A stretch of DNA of 59,764 nucleotides, counting the filler. It is 4 parts of 4 records of this genome, joined end to end, with 100 filler letters (N's around TTAATTAATTAA, not from the genome) between each part and the next. Parts side by side here need not be neighbours in the genome. Positions count along the whole stretch, not along the records: positions 7,754 to 38,129 come from SRR31156797_3583; 3 more parts are not named here. One strand, 5' to 3'. Under the pieces are notes generated by a model. The model was not told the DNA's origin, made no database searches, and saw only the letters and a list, made by a program, of their open reading frames with translations. Position numbers and translations under genes: made by a program. This document shows positions 8,194 through 17,527 of this stretch, piece by piece; the stretch's first letter is position 1; every line of letters starts with the position of its first letter.

Positions 8194-11100
8194 ATGAGAC
8201 GAAAAAACGATTGCTTATCACAAAATTCTAGCATTTCAAAGGCTAGGATGTTTGTGCTGACTTTAATGCTTTTGCTATCAACTTATGGTTGGGCTCAAAA
8301 CATTAAAGTAAAAGGAACGGTTGTTGATAATCAGGGAAGCTCAATTCCCGGAGTGTCAATAGCAATTAAAGGAACATCAATGGGAACCATAACAGACATT
8401 GATGGTAAATTTAATATTGATGCTGAGAGTGGTCAGGTGTTAGTGATTTCATTTATTGGTTATGCCACTCAGGAAATTGCGGTTTCTGCAGAATCAAGTT
8501 CTCTTTCAATTAAGATGGAACCTGATGTTATTGGCCTTGAAGAAGTCGTAGCTATTGGTTATGGTGTTCAGCGAAAAGGAGATGTTACCAGTGCGGTTGC
8601 TAGTGTAAAATCTGAAGACTTTTTAGTTGGTAATACACAAAATGCAGCTGAATTAATAAAAGGTAAAGTAGCTGGTTTAGTAATTACCAAGGCTTCTGGA
8701 GATCCTAATGCTTCATCTTCTATTAATTTGCGAGGTATGGTATCCTGGAATGGAAGTTCCGAACCTTTAGTTTTAATTGATGGTTTACCAGGAAGCTTAA
8801 ACTCAGTAGCACCAGAAAATATAGCCTCTATGGATGTATTAAAGGATGCTTCTGCGGCTGCTATTTATGGTACCAGAGGTGCTAGTGGTGTTATTATTAT
8901 TACCACAAAAACAGGAAAAAGAGATCAGGAAGCCAAGGTAAGTTATTCTGGTTATTATACTGTTTCTGAGTTTTACAAAACCATGGATTTTATGGGCCCA
9001 GATGAAATTAGAGCTGGGAAAACAAAATTTATAGATGATGGCTATGATACAGATTGGTTAAAAGCTATTACACAGAAAGCCTATACGCAAAATCATAGTG
9101 CAACAGTTACTGGAGGAACAAAAAATGCAACGTATTCAGCAAATATAACCTACCGAGAAGAGCAAGGTAAAATTAAATCGACAGGTAATGATAACTTAAG
9201 AATCAGTTTCGATTTAAATCAGTACTTTTTAAATGATATGGTTAAATTAAATTTGAATATAGTTAAAGGTTTAAATACAAATGAAATCTCTGATCCAGGT
9301 TATGCTTACCGTCAGGCATTGATACGTAACCCAACTTCTCCGGTTTATGATAGAGATGGAAGCTATAGAGAGGATTATGGAGTTCTTCAGTATTATAATC
9401 CAGTTTCTATTTTAGAAGAAAAAATAGGAGAGAACAGGGAGGAATGGACCCGATTAAATAGTAATTTAACTGTTGAACCAATAAAAGGTTGGAAAACAAG
9501 CTTAAAATTAGCAACTCGAAGAAGTTTTTCTAATGATAAAACCTACACTACATCTCAACATTATTATGAGCATGTAGATGGTAAATACGGAGAGGCCTAC
9601 CAGAAAGCATATAATTCTCAACGAGATAATTTAGAGGCAACGACAACTTATGAAAGTAACATTAATAGTCATAGATTCTCAGGTGTGCTTGGATATAGTT
9701 ATGAAGATGGTTTTAGTGAAGATTTTAATGCAAAAAACTATGGTTTCTTGAACGATTATTCATTGTATAGTAATATGGGTGCAGGCGAAGCGCTAGCCAA
9801 TGGAGATGCAGAAATGGGTAGTTCAAAGAATTCCGATCGGTTAATTGGTTTTATTGGTCGAGTTAGTTATGGCTTTAAAAATAAATATAATGTATTAGCT
9901 AGTATCAGAAGAGAAGGATCGTCTAAATTTGGTGAAGATCATAAATGGGGTAATTTCCCTGCTGTTTCTTTAGGTTGGACCTTGAGTAATGAAGGTTTTA
10001 TGCAGGGGGTTGATTGGTTGAACAATATGAAATTACGTGCTGGATATGGTGTAACAGGTGTCATACCAAAAGATTCTTATCTTTCAATTGTTAAATATGA
10101 TCTTTCTAGTGAGTATTATGATGGAATTACTAATACTTGGAATAAAGGATTAACAATGGAAAACAATCCTAATCCAGATTTAAAGTGGGAAACATCAGAG
10201 GAATACAATGTAGGATTAGACTTTTCAGTTTTAAATAATAGGTTAAGTTTTTCTGCCAACTATTATTTAAAAACTACTTCGGATATGTTGTATGAGTATA
10301 CTGTTCCGGTACCTCCAAACAGGGTAAATACTACATGGGCGAATGTGGGTGAATTGGAAAATAAAGGTTTTGATATATTAATTGAAGGAACACCTTTTAA
10401 GCAAAATGATTTTGAATGGTCAACTAGTATAACATTATCTCATAATGAGAATAAGGTACTTAGTTTATCAAATAATTTGTATAAGGCTGCTGATTATTTA
10501 TATACACATTGGGCTGGAGATCCTATTAGTCAGGCAACCCACCGTGTTGAGCCAGGAAAATCAATGGGACAATTTTGGGGAAGAAAATCAGTAGGTCTTA
10601 CAGAAGATGGGGTTTGGCTTATTGAAGATCCTGTTACGGGAGAGGCTGTTAGGTTCGATGCAACAATAACAGATGAAGAAACAGGAGAAGAGCGCGTAGT
10701 TAAGTCTAGTGAATATTATGAACAGTATCTTGGTTCTGGTCTGCCTAAACTTAATCTAGGTTGGAGTAATAGTTTTAAGTATAAAGATTTCGATTTAAAC
10801 TTACAGATGAGTGGTCAGTTTGGTCAAAAAATACTTAATGGGCAAAGAATGTTCTATCAAAATAACTCTATTGCTTATAACCGTTTAAAAAATGCAGGAG
10901 ATGATATTTATGGAGTTGCACCTTTAGCTAACGATCAAGTACAGACATGGGTTAGTTATTTTCTAGAGGATGGTGATTATTTGAAAATGGACAATATCAC
11001 GCTTGGATATAACTTAAAACAAAATAAGTATATCAGTAACTTAAGGATATATGCAGCTGTTGAAAATGCTTTTTGTATTACCAATTATTCAGGTTTAGAT

Positions 11101-11199
11101 CCAGAAATGAAAACCGATTTTAAAGAAGCAGGTTACGACGATCGAGACAAATATCCTAGTATTCGTTCATATACTATTGGTGTAAATATTACTTTTTAA
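8194..11199 (+). CDS. susC: SusC/RagA TonB-dependent outer-membrane transporter
   Basis: CarboxypepD_reg-like N-terminus, LEEVVAIGYG, LKDASAAAIYGTRGASGVIIITTK, NPDLKWE, terminal Phe. Confidence 0.96.
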   Translation: MRRKNDCLSQNSSISKARMFVLTLMLLLSTYGWAQNIKVKGTVVDNQGSSIPGVSIAIKGTSMGTITDIDGKFNIDAESGQVLVISFIGYATQEIAVSAESSSLSIKMEPDVIGLEEVVAIGYGVQRKGDVTSAVASVKSEDFLVGNTQNAAELIKGKVAGLVITKASGDPNASSSINLRGMVSWNGSSEPLVLIDGLPGSLNSVAPENIASMDVLKDASAAAIYGTRGASGVIIITTKTGKRDQEAKVSYSGYYTVSEFYKTMDFMGPDEIRAGKTKFIDDGYDTDWLKAITQKAYTQNHSATVTGGTKNATYSANITYREEQGKIKSTGNDNLRISFDLNQYFLNDMVKLNLNIVKGLNTNEISDPGYAYRQALIRNPTSPVYDRDGSYREDYGVLQYYNPVSILEEKIGENREEWTRLNSNLTVEPIKGWKTSLKLATRRSFSNDKTYTTSQHYYEHVDGKYGEAYQKAYNSQRDNLEATTTYESNINSHRFSGVLGYSYEDGFSEDFNAKNYGFLNDYSLYSNMGAGEALANGDAEMGSSKNSDRLIGFIGRVSYGFKNKYNVLASIRREGSSKFGEDHKWGNFPAVSLGWTLSNEGFMQGVDWLNNMKLRAGYGVTGVIPKDSYLSIVKYDLSSEYYDGITNTWNKGLTMENNPNPDLKWETSEEYNVGLDFSVLNNRLSFSANYYLKTTSDMLYEYTVPVPPNRVNTTWANVGELENKGFDILIEGTPFKQNDFEWSTSITLSHNENKVLSLSNNLYKAADYLYTHWAGDPISQATHRVEPGKSMGQFWGRKSVGLTEDGVWLIEDPVTGEAVRFDATITDEETGEERVVKSSEYYEQYLGSGLPKLNLGWSNSFKYKDFDLNLQMSGQFGQKILNGQRMFYQNNSIAYNRLKNAGDDIYGVAPLANDQVQTWVSYFLEDGDYLKMDNITLGYNLKQNKYISNLRIYAAVENAFCITNYSGLDPEMKTDFKEAGYDDRDKYPSIRSYTIGVNITF

Positions 11200-11286
11200 T
11201 AGTTGTTGAAATATAAAAAGTTATTCATGTTGCTAACGATAAATAGCAATAAGTTTAGATTATTTAAACTGAAAAATACAAAAAAC

Positions 11287-12954
11287 ATGAAATTTAAAAA
11301 TATAATAAATATCTTATTTATTTCTATAACTATAGGGTTGGTAAGCTTAAGTTCTTGTACCGACCTTAAGGAAGAAATATATAGCAGGGTGCCTGAAAAT
11401 GAAGATTATGAATTTACAGAAGCAGATCTAAAATCGATGCTTGCTAATGTATATGACAACTGGAGACAAACGAATTGGGGATGGGATGGCATTTTTGACA
11501 TTTATGAAGAATCTTCAGATTGTATGATGACCCCTTTAAGACCAGGAGTAGGTTGGGGGGCATATTATATTGATATGCATAAACACACATTTAGTTGGGA
11601 AACCAGTCACGTAAATGCTCTTTGGGACAGATGCTATAAAACCATTAGTAGTTGTAATCAAATGTTGGAGTTTGATATCATCAAATCTACTCCAGGAAGT
11701 TATGCTGAAGTAAGAGCTATTAGAGGTTTGTGTTACTATTTATTATTAGACAACTATAGAAATGTACCTTTAGATACCGTTTTTGTGCATCCTGATGGAT
11801 TTTTACCAACACAAGAAGATCCTCAAAAAGTATTTAACTTCATAGAAAATGAAATGAAGGACATAAAAGTGTTGTTAGACGGAGACGAAGTTGTGTTTGG
11901 GAATTTTAACTACTATGCCGCTTGTATGACTTTAGCAAAAATGTATTTAAATTATAATACTTGGTTTGGAACGGATGATTTTACATATTATCAAAAAGCG
12001 TATGAAGAGGTCAGTGAAGTGATTAATGATGGAAAGTTTTCTTTAGCACCGAATTATGCAGATTTGTTTGTAGAAGATGGATCGTCTTGTCCTGAAATAA
12101 TTTTTGCAGTTGTTAATGACAATATAAGTGGTTCATGGGGTTCATATTTAGCTCAAAAATCTTTACATAATGCCAGTACTGCTACATTTGGATTAAAAAC
12201 AAGTACTTGGAATGGAAGTTGTGCTATTCCGCAGTTTATAGAGTCATATGACCCTGAAGATTCCCGTTTAACCGATACATGGTTGTTTGGAGTTCAAAAA
12301 GATCAATCTGGCGCAACTATCTATACAGGAGGTGAGGTATTAAATTATACAGTTTCTGTTCATAGTATCGATAATCCAGGAGCATTCCCAATGGAAGGAG
12401 CGCGTTTTCATAAATATGAGATTGTGGAAGGTAATGTGGCCTGTAGTTCCACAGATGTGGCCTTTTATAGACTAGCTGATGCTTATATGATTAAAGCAGA
12501 GTGTTTATTACGATTAGGAGGATATAATGGAGAATCAGAACAAGTAGCTGCAGATATTGTAACTATGATTAGACAAAGAGCCTTTAAAGATAATCCGGAT
12601 AAAGCTGTTCGTACACTTGAGGATTTGAAAGGGGGAAGTGTTTATAAATATGGACATCAGGAAAATATTGCTTTAGAAGGTGAGGAAGCTAATTGGATTA
12701 CTACCAATGAAGGAGGTGATGATATAGAGTTTGGTGGATTCTTAGATGAATTGGCTTGGGAGTTTGTAGGTGAATATCACCGTCGTCAGGATTTAGTTAG
12801 ATTTAAACTTACGAGTACAGATGCTAACGTATATACAGGTAAGTCGTGGTTTTGTAAAGATGCACATTTTAACGCATTTAGAAACATCTATCCAATTCCC
12901 AAAGGAGCAATGGAGGCTAATTCAGAATTAGTTCAAAATCCTAACTACAACTAA
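11287..12954 (+). CDS. susD: SusD/RagB nutrient-binding lipoprotein
   Basis: Lipobox LSSC after MKFKNIIN (ATG 11287); YRLADAYMIKAE, EFVGEYHRRQDLVRF, YPIP…LVQNPNY. Confidence 0.93.
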   Translation: MKFKNIINILFISITIGLVSLSSCTDLKEEIYSRVPENEDYEFTEADLKSMLANVYDNWRQTNWGWDGIFDIYEESSDCMMTPLRPGVGWGAYYIDMHKHTFSWETSHVNALWDRCYKTISSCNQMLEFDIIKSTPGSYAEVRAIRGLCYYLLLDNYRNVPLDTVFVHPDGFLPTQEDPQKVFNFIENEMKDIKVLLDGDEVVFGNFNYYAACMTLAKMYLNYNTWFGTDDFTYYQKAYEEVSEVINDGKFSLAPNYADLFVEDGSSCPEIIFAVVNDNISGSWGSYLAQKSLHNASTATFGLKTSTWNGSCAIPQFIESYDPEDSRLTDTWLFGVQKDQSGATIYTGGEVLNYTVSVHSIDNPGAFPMEGARFHKYEIVEGNVACSSTDVAFYRLADAYMIKAECLLRLGGYNGESEQVAADIVTMIRQRAFKDNPDKAVRTLEDLKGGSVYKYGHQENIALEGEEANWITTNEGGDDIEFGGFLDELAWEFVGEYHRRQDLVRFKLTSTDANVYTGKSWFCKDAHFNAFRNIYPIPKGAMEANSELVQNPNYN

Positions 12955-12990
12955 TATTATAGTAGAAGTGTAATTTTTATTGGAAAAAAA

Positions 12991-14832
12991 ATGAGAAAAA
13001 TGAAAAATATAAAAGCACTATTACTATTTGCTTGTATAGCAATTGGAATGGTGAGTTGTGAAGATTATGATGACTTTAGTTCAAAACATGAGTATGGAGA
13101 TCAAAATGTTTATGGAACAAAATCAGTGTATATCCCTGAATCATTAAAAGATAATGATTTTGAGTTAAGTACAAGTCAATGGTCGTATGAGCGAAGCAGA
13201 CAAAGTGAGAACTGGATTGTATTTTGGGAAGAAGGTTATGGAGAAGATCCAACTTATATTGAAAAAATAAATTCGGTAGATATTAATGCTCTTTTGCAAA
13301 AATTAGAAAGTGCCTATACTTTGTTTAAGGATACATATAAAATTTTGCCTTCTGGTTCAAATACTGATAATACAAAAATGATGTTATTCTTAATTTGGAA
13401 TGATGATGATGTTATTTTTGAAGCAGTTGATTTTGACAATAAAATTGGAGCTGTTCGCTTGTCGATTAAAGCTGCCCAAGAAGGAGGACAGGCTTTGGCT
13501 AAAGCTGTAGCAGAAGCCTTTTTGCATCAGGTTTATGCGGATGATACTAATCGTAAGGCTGGTTTCAAATATTCATTTGGAGAATCGGTAGGTGATTTAA
13601 ATGTTTTTTGGGATCAAACATCAAACTGGCTTTCTTATAAATCTTTAGAAACAAAAGATCAGTTCGCTTCTTCATATTTTGAGGATTTTGTAGCGATGAG
13701 CTATAAAAATATTATGAATGAAAACATGCGTATGGCAAATTACTTTATTCATGATTATTGGACAGAGAAGAATGATGAAACTTTTGTAGGGCAGTTGTGG
13801 CAAGGTGCTGTTGAGCCAGAAGATTATATTGAAGCTTATCAGAGATTAACCGGAATGAATCAGACTCAATTTAATGATGATTTCTTTGAATATGCTTCAA
13901 AAACGGTATTTTGGGATATTGAAGGTCTTCAGGAAACTGGTAAAAGTAAAACAACTCGTGCCCAAACCGTAATGGAAGATATAGGTGATGGGTTTTGGCA
14001 GGTGGATCCATCTAATTGTCCTGAAAATTATGGTTATAATGTAATTAACCTTAATATTGTAGATAGCGCAACAGTTGTTACAGCTAATTTTGTTGGTTTA
14101 GCAGGAGAAGATGGTTATAATACAGTAAATGTAGATAAAGCAGGATGGCGTTATGGTTTTGTTGCTAGGTTAAAAGATGGTACAATAGCATATAGTGATG
14201 TGGCTGCTGATGAAGAAGGAGCATTAAGCTTTAAACTTCCAGATTACTGTGATAAGTTGGTTTTTGTTGTAAGTGGGGCTCCAACAGAACATTGGTCGCA
14301 TGTATGGGATAATGACGAAACGAATAATGAACAGTTGCCATATAAGGTTATGTTCCAGGGAACCAACTTGTTCGGATTTTTATCTATTAATAAAGATTTA
14401 GATCCAGTAGATGTTGAAATTTCAGTTGATTTAGCCCATGCAGTAAATGATGATTATGTATCTACTAATGTTGAGATTAATACAGTAACATTATTTGAAT
14501 CATTCCAGTTATATCCAAATGAGTTTAAGAAGTTATTTACTGGAGGTGATATAAAGTTGCTTGGTGTGAATAATGACGGTAGTTTATATGAGGATGGATA
14601 TACTGCAAATGTAGGTTATTGGTATGTTGATGGTGGAAATGTTGGTAATTGGGGTGAAACAGCAACGTTTTTTTGCGAATTCGACTCGGAAACAAATACA
14701 TTTAATATTGGACAATATCCAGGCAGACTAAAAGCAGGAGAAAGCTATACTTTGAAACAGCAATTTGTATATACAAATGAGAGGGGAGTAACAGGAAGAG
14801 CTACTCTTACATTTAATGTTACTTTAGAGTAA
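12991..14832 (+). CDS. Surface lipoprotein: DUF6055-like zincin-fold domain lacking HExxH plus C-terminal DUF4859-like domain
   Basis: Lipobox MVSC; gapless similarity to 16022-17524 with AHEIGH replaced by AKAVAE; C-terminus FNIGQYPG. Confidence 0.75.
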   Translation: MRKMKNIKALLLFACIAIGMVSCEDYDDFSSKHEYGDQNVYGTKSVYIPESLKDNDFELSTSQWSYERSRQSENWIVFWEEGYGEDPTYIEKINSVDINALLQKLESAYTLFKDTYKILPSGSNTDNTKMMLFLIWNDDDVIFEAVDFDNKIGAVRLSIKAAQEGGQALAKAVAEAFLHQVYADDTNRKAGFKYSFGESVGDLNVFWDQTSNWLSYKSLETKDQFASSYFEDFVAMSYKNIMNENMRMANYFIHDYWTEKNDETFVGQLWQGAVEPEDYIEAYQRLTGMNQTQFNDDFFEYASKTVFWDIEGLQETGKSKTTRAQTVMEDIGDGFWQVDPSNCPENYGYNVINLNIVDSATVVTANFVGLAGEDGYNTVNVDKAGWRYGFVARLKDGTIAYSDVAADEEGALSFKLPDYCDKLVFVVSGAPTEHWSHVWDNDETNNEQLPYKVMFQGTNLFGFLSINKDLDPVDVEISVDLAHAVNDDYVSTNVEINTVTLFESFQLYPNEFKKLFTGGDIKLLGVNNDGSLYEDGYTANVGYWYVDGGNVGNWGETATFFCEFDSETNTFNIGQYPGRLKAGESYTLKQQFVYTNERGVTGRATLTFNVTLE

Positions 14833-14864
14833 ATTATGCTGATTCGATAATTAAATTTCAAAAC

Positions 14865-14900
14865 AAAAAGAGCTATCTATTTTTAGATAGCTCTTTTTTT
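14865..14900 (+). terminator. Intrinsic terminator after the susC-susD-lipoprotein unit
   Basis: aaaaagagctatcta-tttt-tagatagctcttttttt. Confidence 0.85.
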
Positions 14901-15477
14901 GTGTCTGAATTATTTCATTGACTTTATAAGGAAATATGAAATGCTTATCTATTTAAAGAATGTGTTCCTTAATAAAAGATAGATGTTAAATCAGTAATGG
15001 TTATTTCTGGTAAGTTAAATCCAGTAAAAAATATTGCTGAATTTATCTAGATTATGAGGTCTTTCCAAAACTAATTGTATGGTTAGTTAAAAAGTAAAGA
15101 TTTGTACATTTTGTGTTTTGTATTTTTTCTAACTAGTCAAATTAGCTATTTATTAATCTATCATTTTATACATATGTATTTGAATTCGTACAAATGTACA
15201 GTTTTAAGAAGCGTTTTTTTTTAATATAAAAAGCAAATCACTATTAACTAACCTTTCTAATCAGGTTGACAAAAACACTGCCCTTACTTACTAATTGAAA
15301 TTAAAAACAAGGTTTATCTTGTAAATTGTTGCGCTTATATTGAAAAAACTAAAAAATATTGCAAAAAGTACCAAAGTTGAACGATTGTTTGATTAAGAAA
15401 AACATCTGTGAAAGTAAAAGGTGACATAAATGGGTAAAATTGCAAATAAAGCTTAATTATAAACACCTAATATTAAA

Positions 15478-15861
15478 TTGATAACTTATTTGTTTATGAA
15501 GAAAAGAACAAATTACTCCTTTGTACATCTTAGATGTATTAATCTAAGGATGCGAATACTGTTGTTTTTAACTTGTGTTGTTGGAATATCAGCAATGGCA
15601 CAAATAAAGATTGATGGTATCGTAAAAGATGAGGTGGGCAATCCTATGCCTAGTGTCTCTATTGCGTTAAAAGATTTTCCAAGCAGAACTAATACAGATA
15701 ATGAAGTAAAATTCTCAATTAATGCCAATGTAGGAGATGGAATTCTTAATGTTGGTCAATTACCAAATGAGCTTTCTTCAGGAGAAAGTTATACACCTTC
15801 TTTAGCGATCGTTTATGACGATAAAATGGTAAGAATAAATATTACATTAAATATTAATTAG
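15478..15861 (+). pseudogene. Chimeric remnant: SusC N-terminal domain fused in frame to a DUF4859-like C-terminal tail
   Basis: QIKIDGIVKDEVGNPMPSVSI…TDNEVKFSINA (SusC-like) joined to GILNVGQLPNELSSGESYT…ITLNIN (similar to the end of 12991-14832). Confidence 0.6.
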
Positions 15862-15927
15862 GAATGTTTTTGATGTTTATTAATTAAATTTTTTAATTTT
15901 TTGAGGTTTTAGTTTTTAGTTGCACAT

Positions 15928-15967
15928 ATTTAAGTTGGGAGTTGGAATATACCTTCTCCCAGCTTAA
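15928..15967 (+). other. Intergenic stem-loop (mRNA-stabilising or terminating hairpin)
   Basis: tttaagttgggag…ctcccagcttaaa inverted repeat with one G-U pair. Confidence 0.5.
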
Positions 15968-16021
15968 AATGTCAAAAAAGATTGGATTATTTTATCTACA
16001 CACCAAGTAATAGTAATAGAT

Positions 16022-17524
16022 ATGTATACACAATTTAAAAATGGATATAAATTTATATCGAAGTTAACTGTAAAAACACTTATAGTTTTTACGATGGTAA
16101 ATTTTGTAGCGCTAGAAAGTAGTGGTATGGATAAAATGGAGGGACGGAATAATACCTGTAATCTAAAAGCAAAACCAATAAATCAATTAGATAAAGATTC
16201 AACGGAATCAAAAGCAACAATTACAAGAGAAATATATATTCCTAAAGATTTATCAAATAATGATTTTGATAATATAGAAAGTAATTGGAGTTATAAAAGA
16301 AGTAAGGAGTCAGAACACTTTATTGTATTCTGGGAAAAAGGATTTGGCGAGAATCCAAATTCGAGTTCACAAGAAGATAAGTACCGAGTAGATATTGATG
16401 ATTTACTCAAAAAAGCGGAAGAATTTTATCAGCTAAATGTATATAAGCTCCAATTTGCAGAGACAGGTGTTGGAAAATCAAATCTGGATAAGTATAAAAT
16501 CCTTATCATGCTGCATTATACCACAGATTGGATGGCATTTGGAGCCGGTTATGATGATGTAATTGGTGCTTTATGGGTTAGTCCTTCCACTTGTAAGCCT
16601 GTAGGCAGTGTTATTGCACACGAAATAGGACACTCATTCCAATACCAGGTTTATGCAGATTATTTGGCAAATAACTCTAATGTAGAAGAATTTACTCACG
16701 GATTTAGATATGGTTTCGGCGGGAATGGAGGTAATGGATTTTGGGAACAAACTGCACAGTGGCAAGCGATGCAGTGCCATCCGGAAAACATATTTAATGA
16801 AAGAGATTTAAATATTTATGGAGAAAACTATCATCGTCATATTTGTCATGAGGATTTTCGTTACTCAAGCTATTTTATCCATTACTACTGGGCACAGATG
16901 CATGGTATCGATTTTATTGGGAAACTGTGGAGGAACGCCATAAAACCTGAAGATCCGATGCAAGCTTATATGAAAGTGACCGGTATTACAGTGGCTCAGT
17001 TTAATGATGAACTATATAAAGCTGCTTCAAAAATGGTTACCTTCGATATAGATGGACTTCGTGAATTATCAGAAAATAAAACACTCAAATCCAATTTTAG
17101 TGCATCCTCATTAAAGGATAATAGTTATCTGGTTTCATATGAAAAATGCCCGGGAACAACCGGCTACAATGTGATACCTTTAAAACTCCCTGAAAAGAAA
17201 AACAAGGTATCTGTTACTTTTTCCGGTATGGTTAATAAAGAAGGATTTAATCAAGTAAAAGATATTAACAGAGCAGGTTGGCGCTATGGCTTTGTGGCTT
17301 TACTTGAAAGTGGAGAAAGAGTATATGGCAAGATACAAGCCGACAATCAGAGTACAATTAGCTTTAAAGTTCCTAAAGGGTGTGCTAAGCTATGGTTCGT
17401 AGTTACAGGAGCTCCTAAATCATATCTACCTCATGCCTGGGATGACGAAGAAAGCAATGATGATCAGTGGCCTTACCAAGTTAAATTTATAAATACCGAT
17501 TGGAATAAAAACACCAAATCTTAA
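16022..17524 (+). CDS. DUF6055-like secreted zinc metallopeptidase-fold protein with intact HExxH
   Basis: AHEIGHSFQY plus downstream FWEQTA (third-ligand Glu, gluzincin-like). Confidence 0.75.
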   Translation: MYTQFKNGYKFISKLTVKTLIVFTMVNFVALESSGMDKMEGRNNTCNLKAKPINQLDKDSTESKATITREIYIPKDLSNNDFDNIESNWSYKRSKESEHFIVFWEKGFGENPNSSSQEDKYRVDIDDLLKKAEEFYQLNVYKLQFAETGVGKSNLDKYKILIMLHYTTDWMAFGAGYDDVIGALWVSPSTCKPVGSVIAHEIGHSFQYQVYADYLANNSNVEEFTHGFRYGFGGNGGNGFWEQTAQWQAMQCHPENIFNERDLNIYGENYHRHICHEDFRYSSYFIHYYWAQMHGIDFIGKLWRNAIKPEDPMQAYMKVTGITVAQFNDELYKAASKMVTFDIDGLRELSENKTLKSNFSASSLKDNSYLVSYEKCPGTTGYNVIPLKLPEKKNKVSVTFSGMVNKEGFNQVKDINRAGWRYGFVALLESGERVYGKIQADNQSTISFKVPKGCAKLWFVVTGAPKSYLPHAWDDEESNDDQWPYQVKFINTDWNKNTKS

Positions 17525-17527
17525 AGT

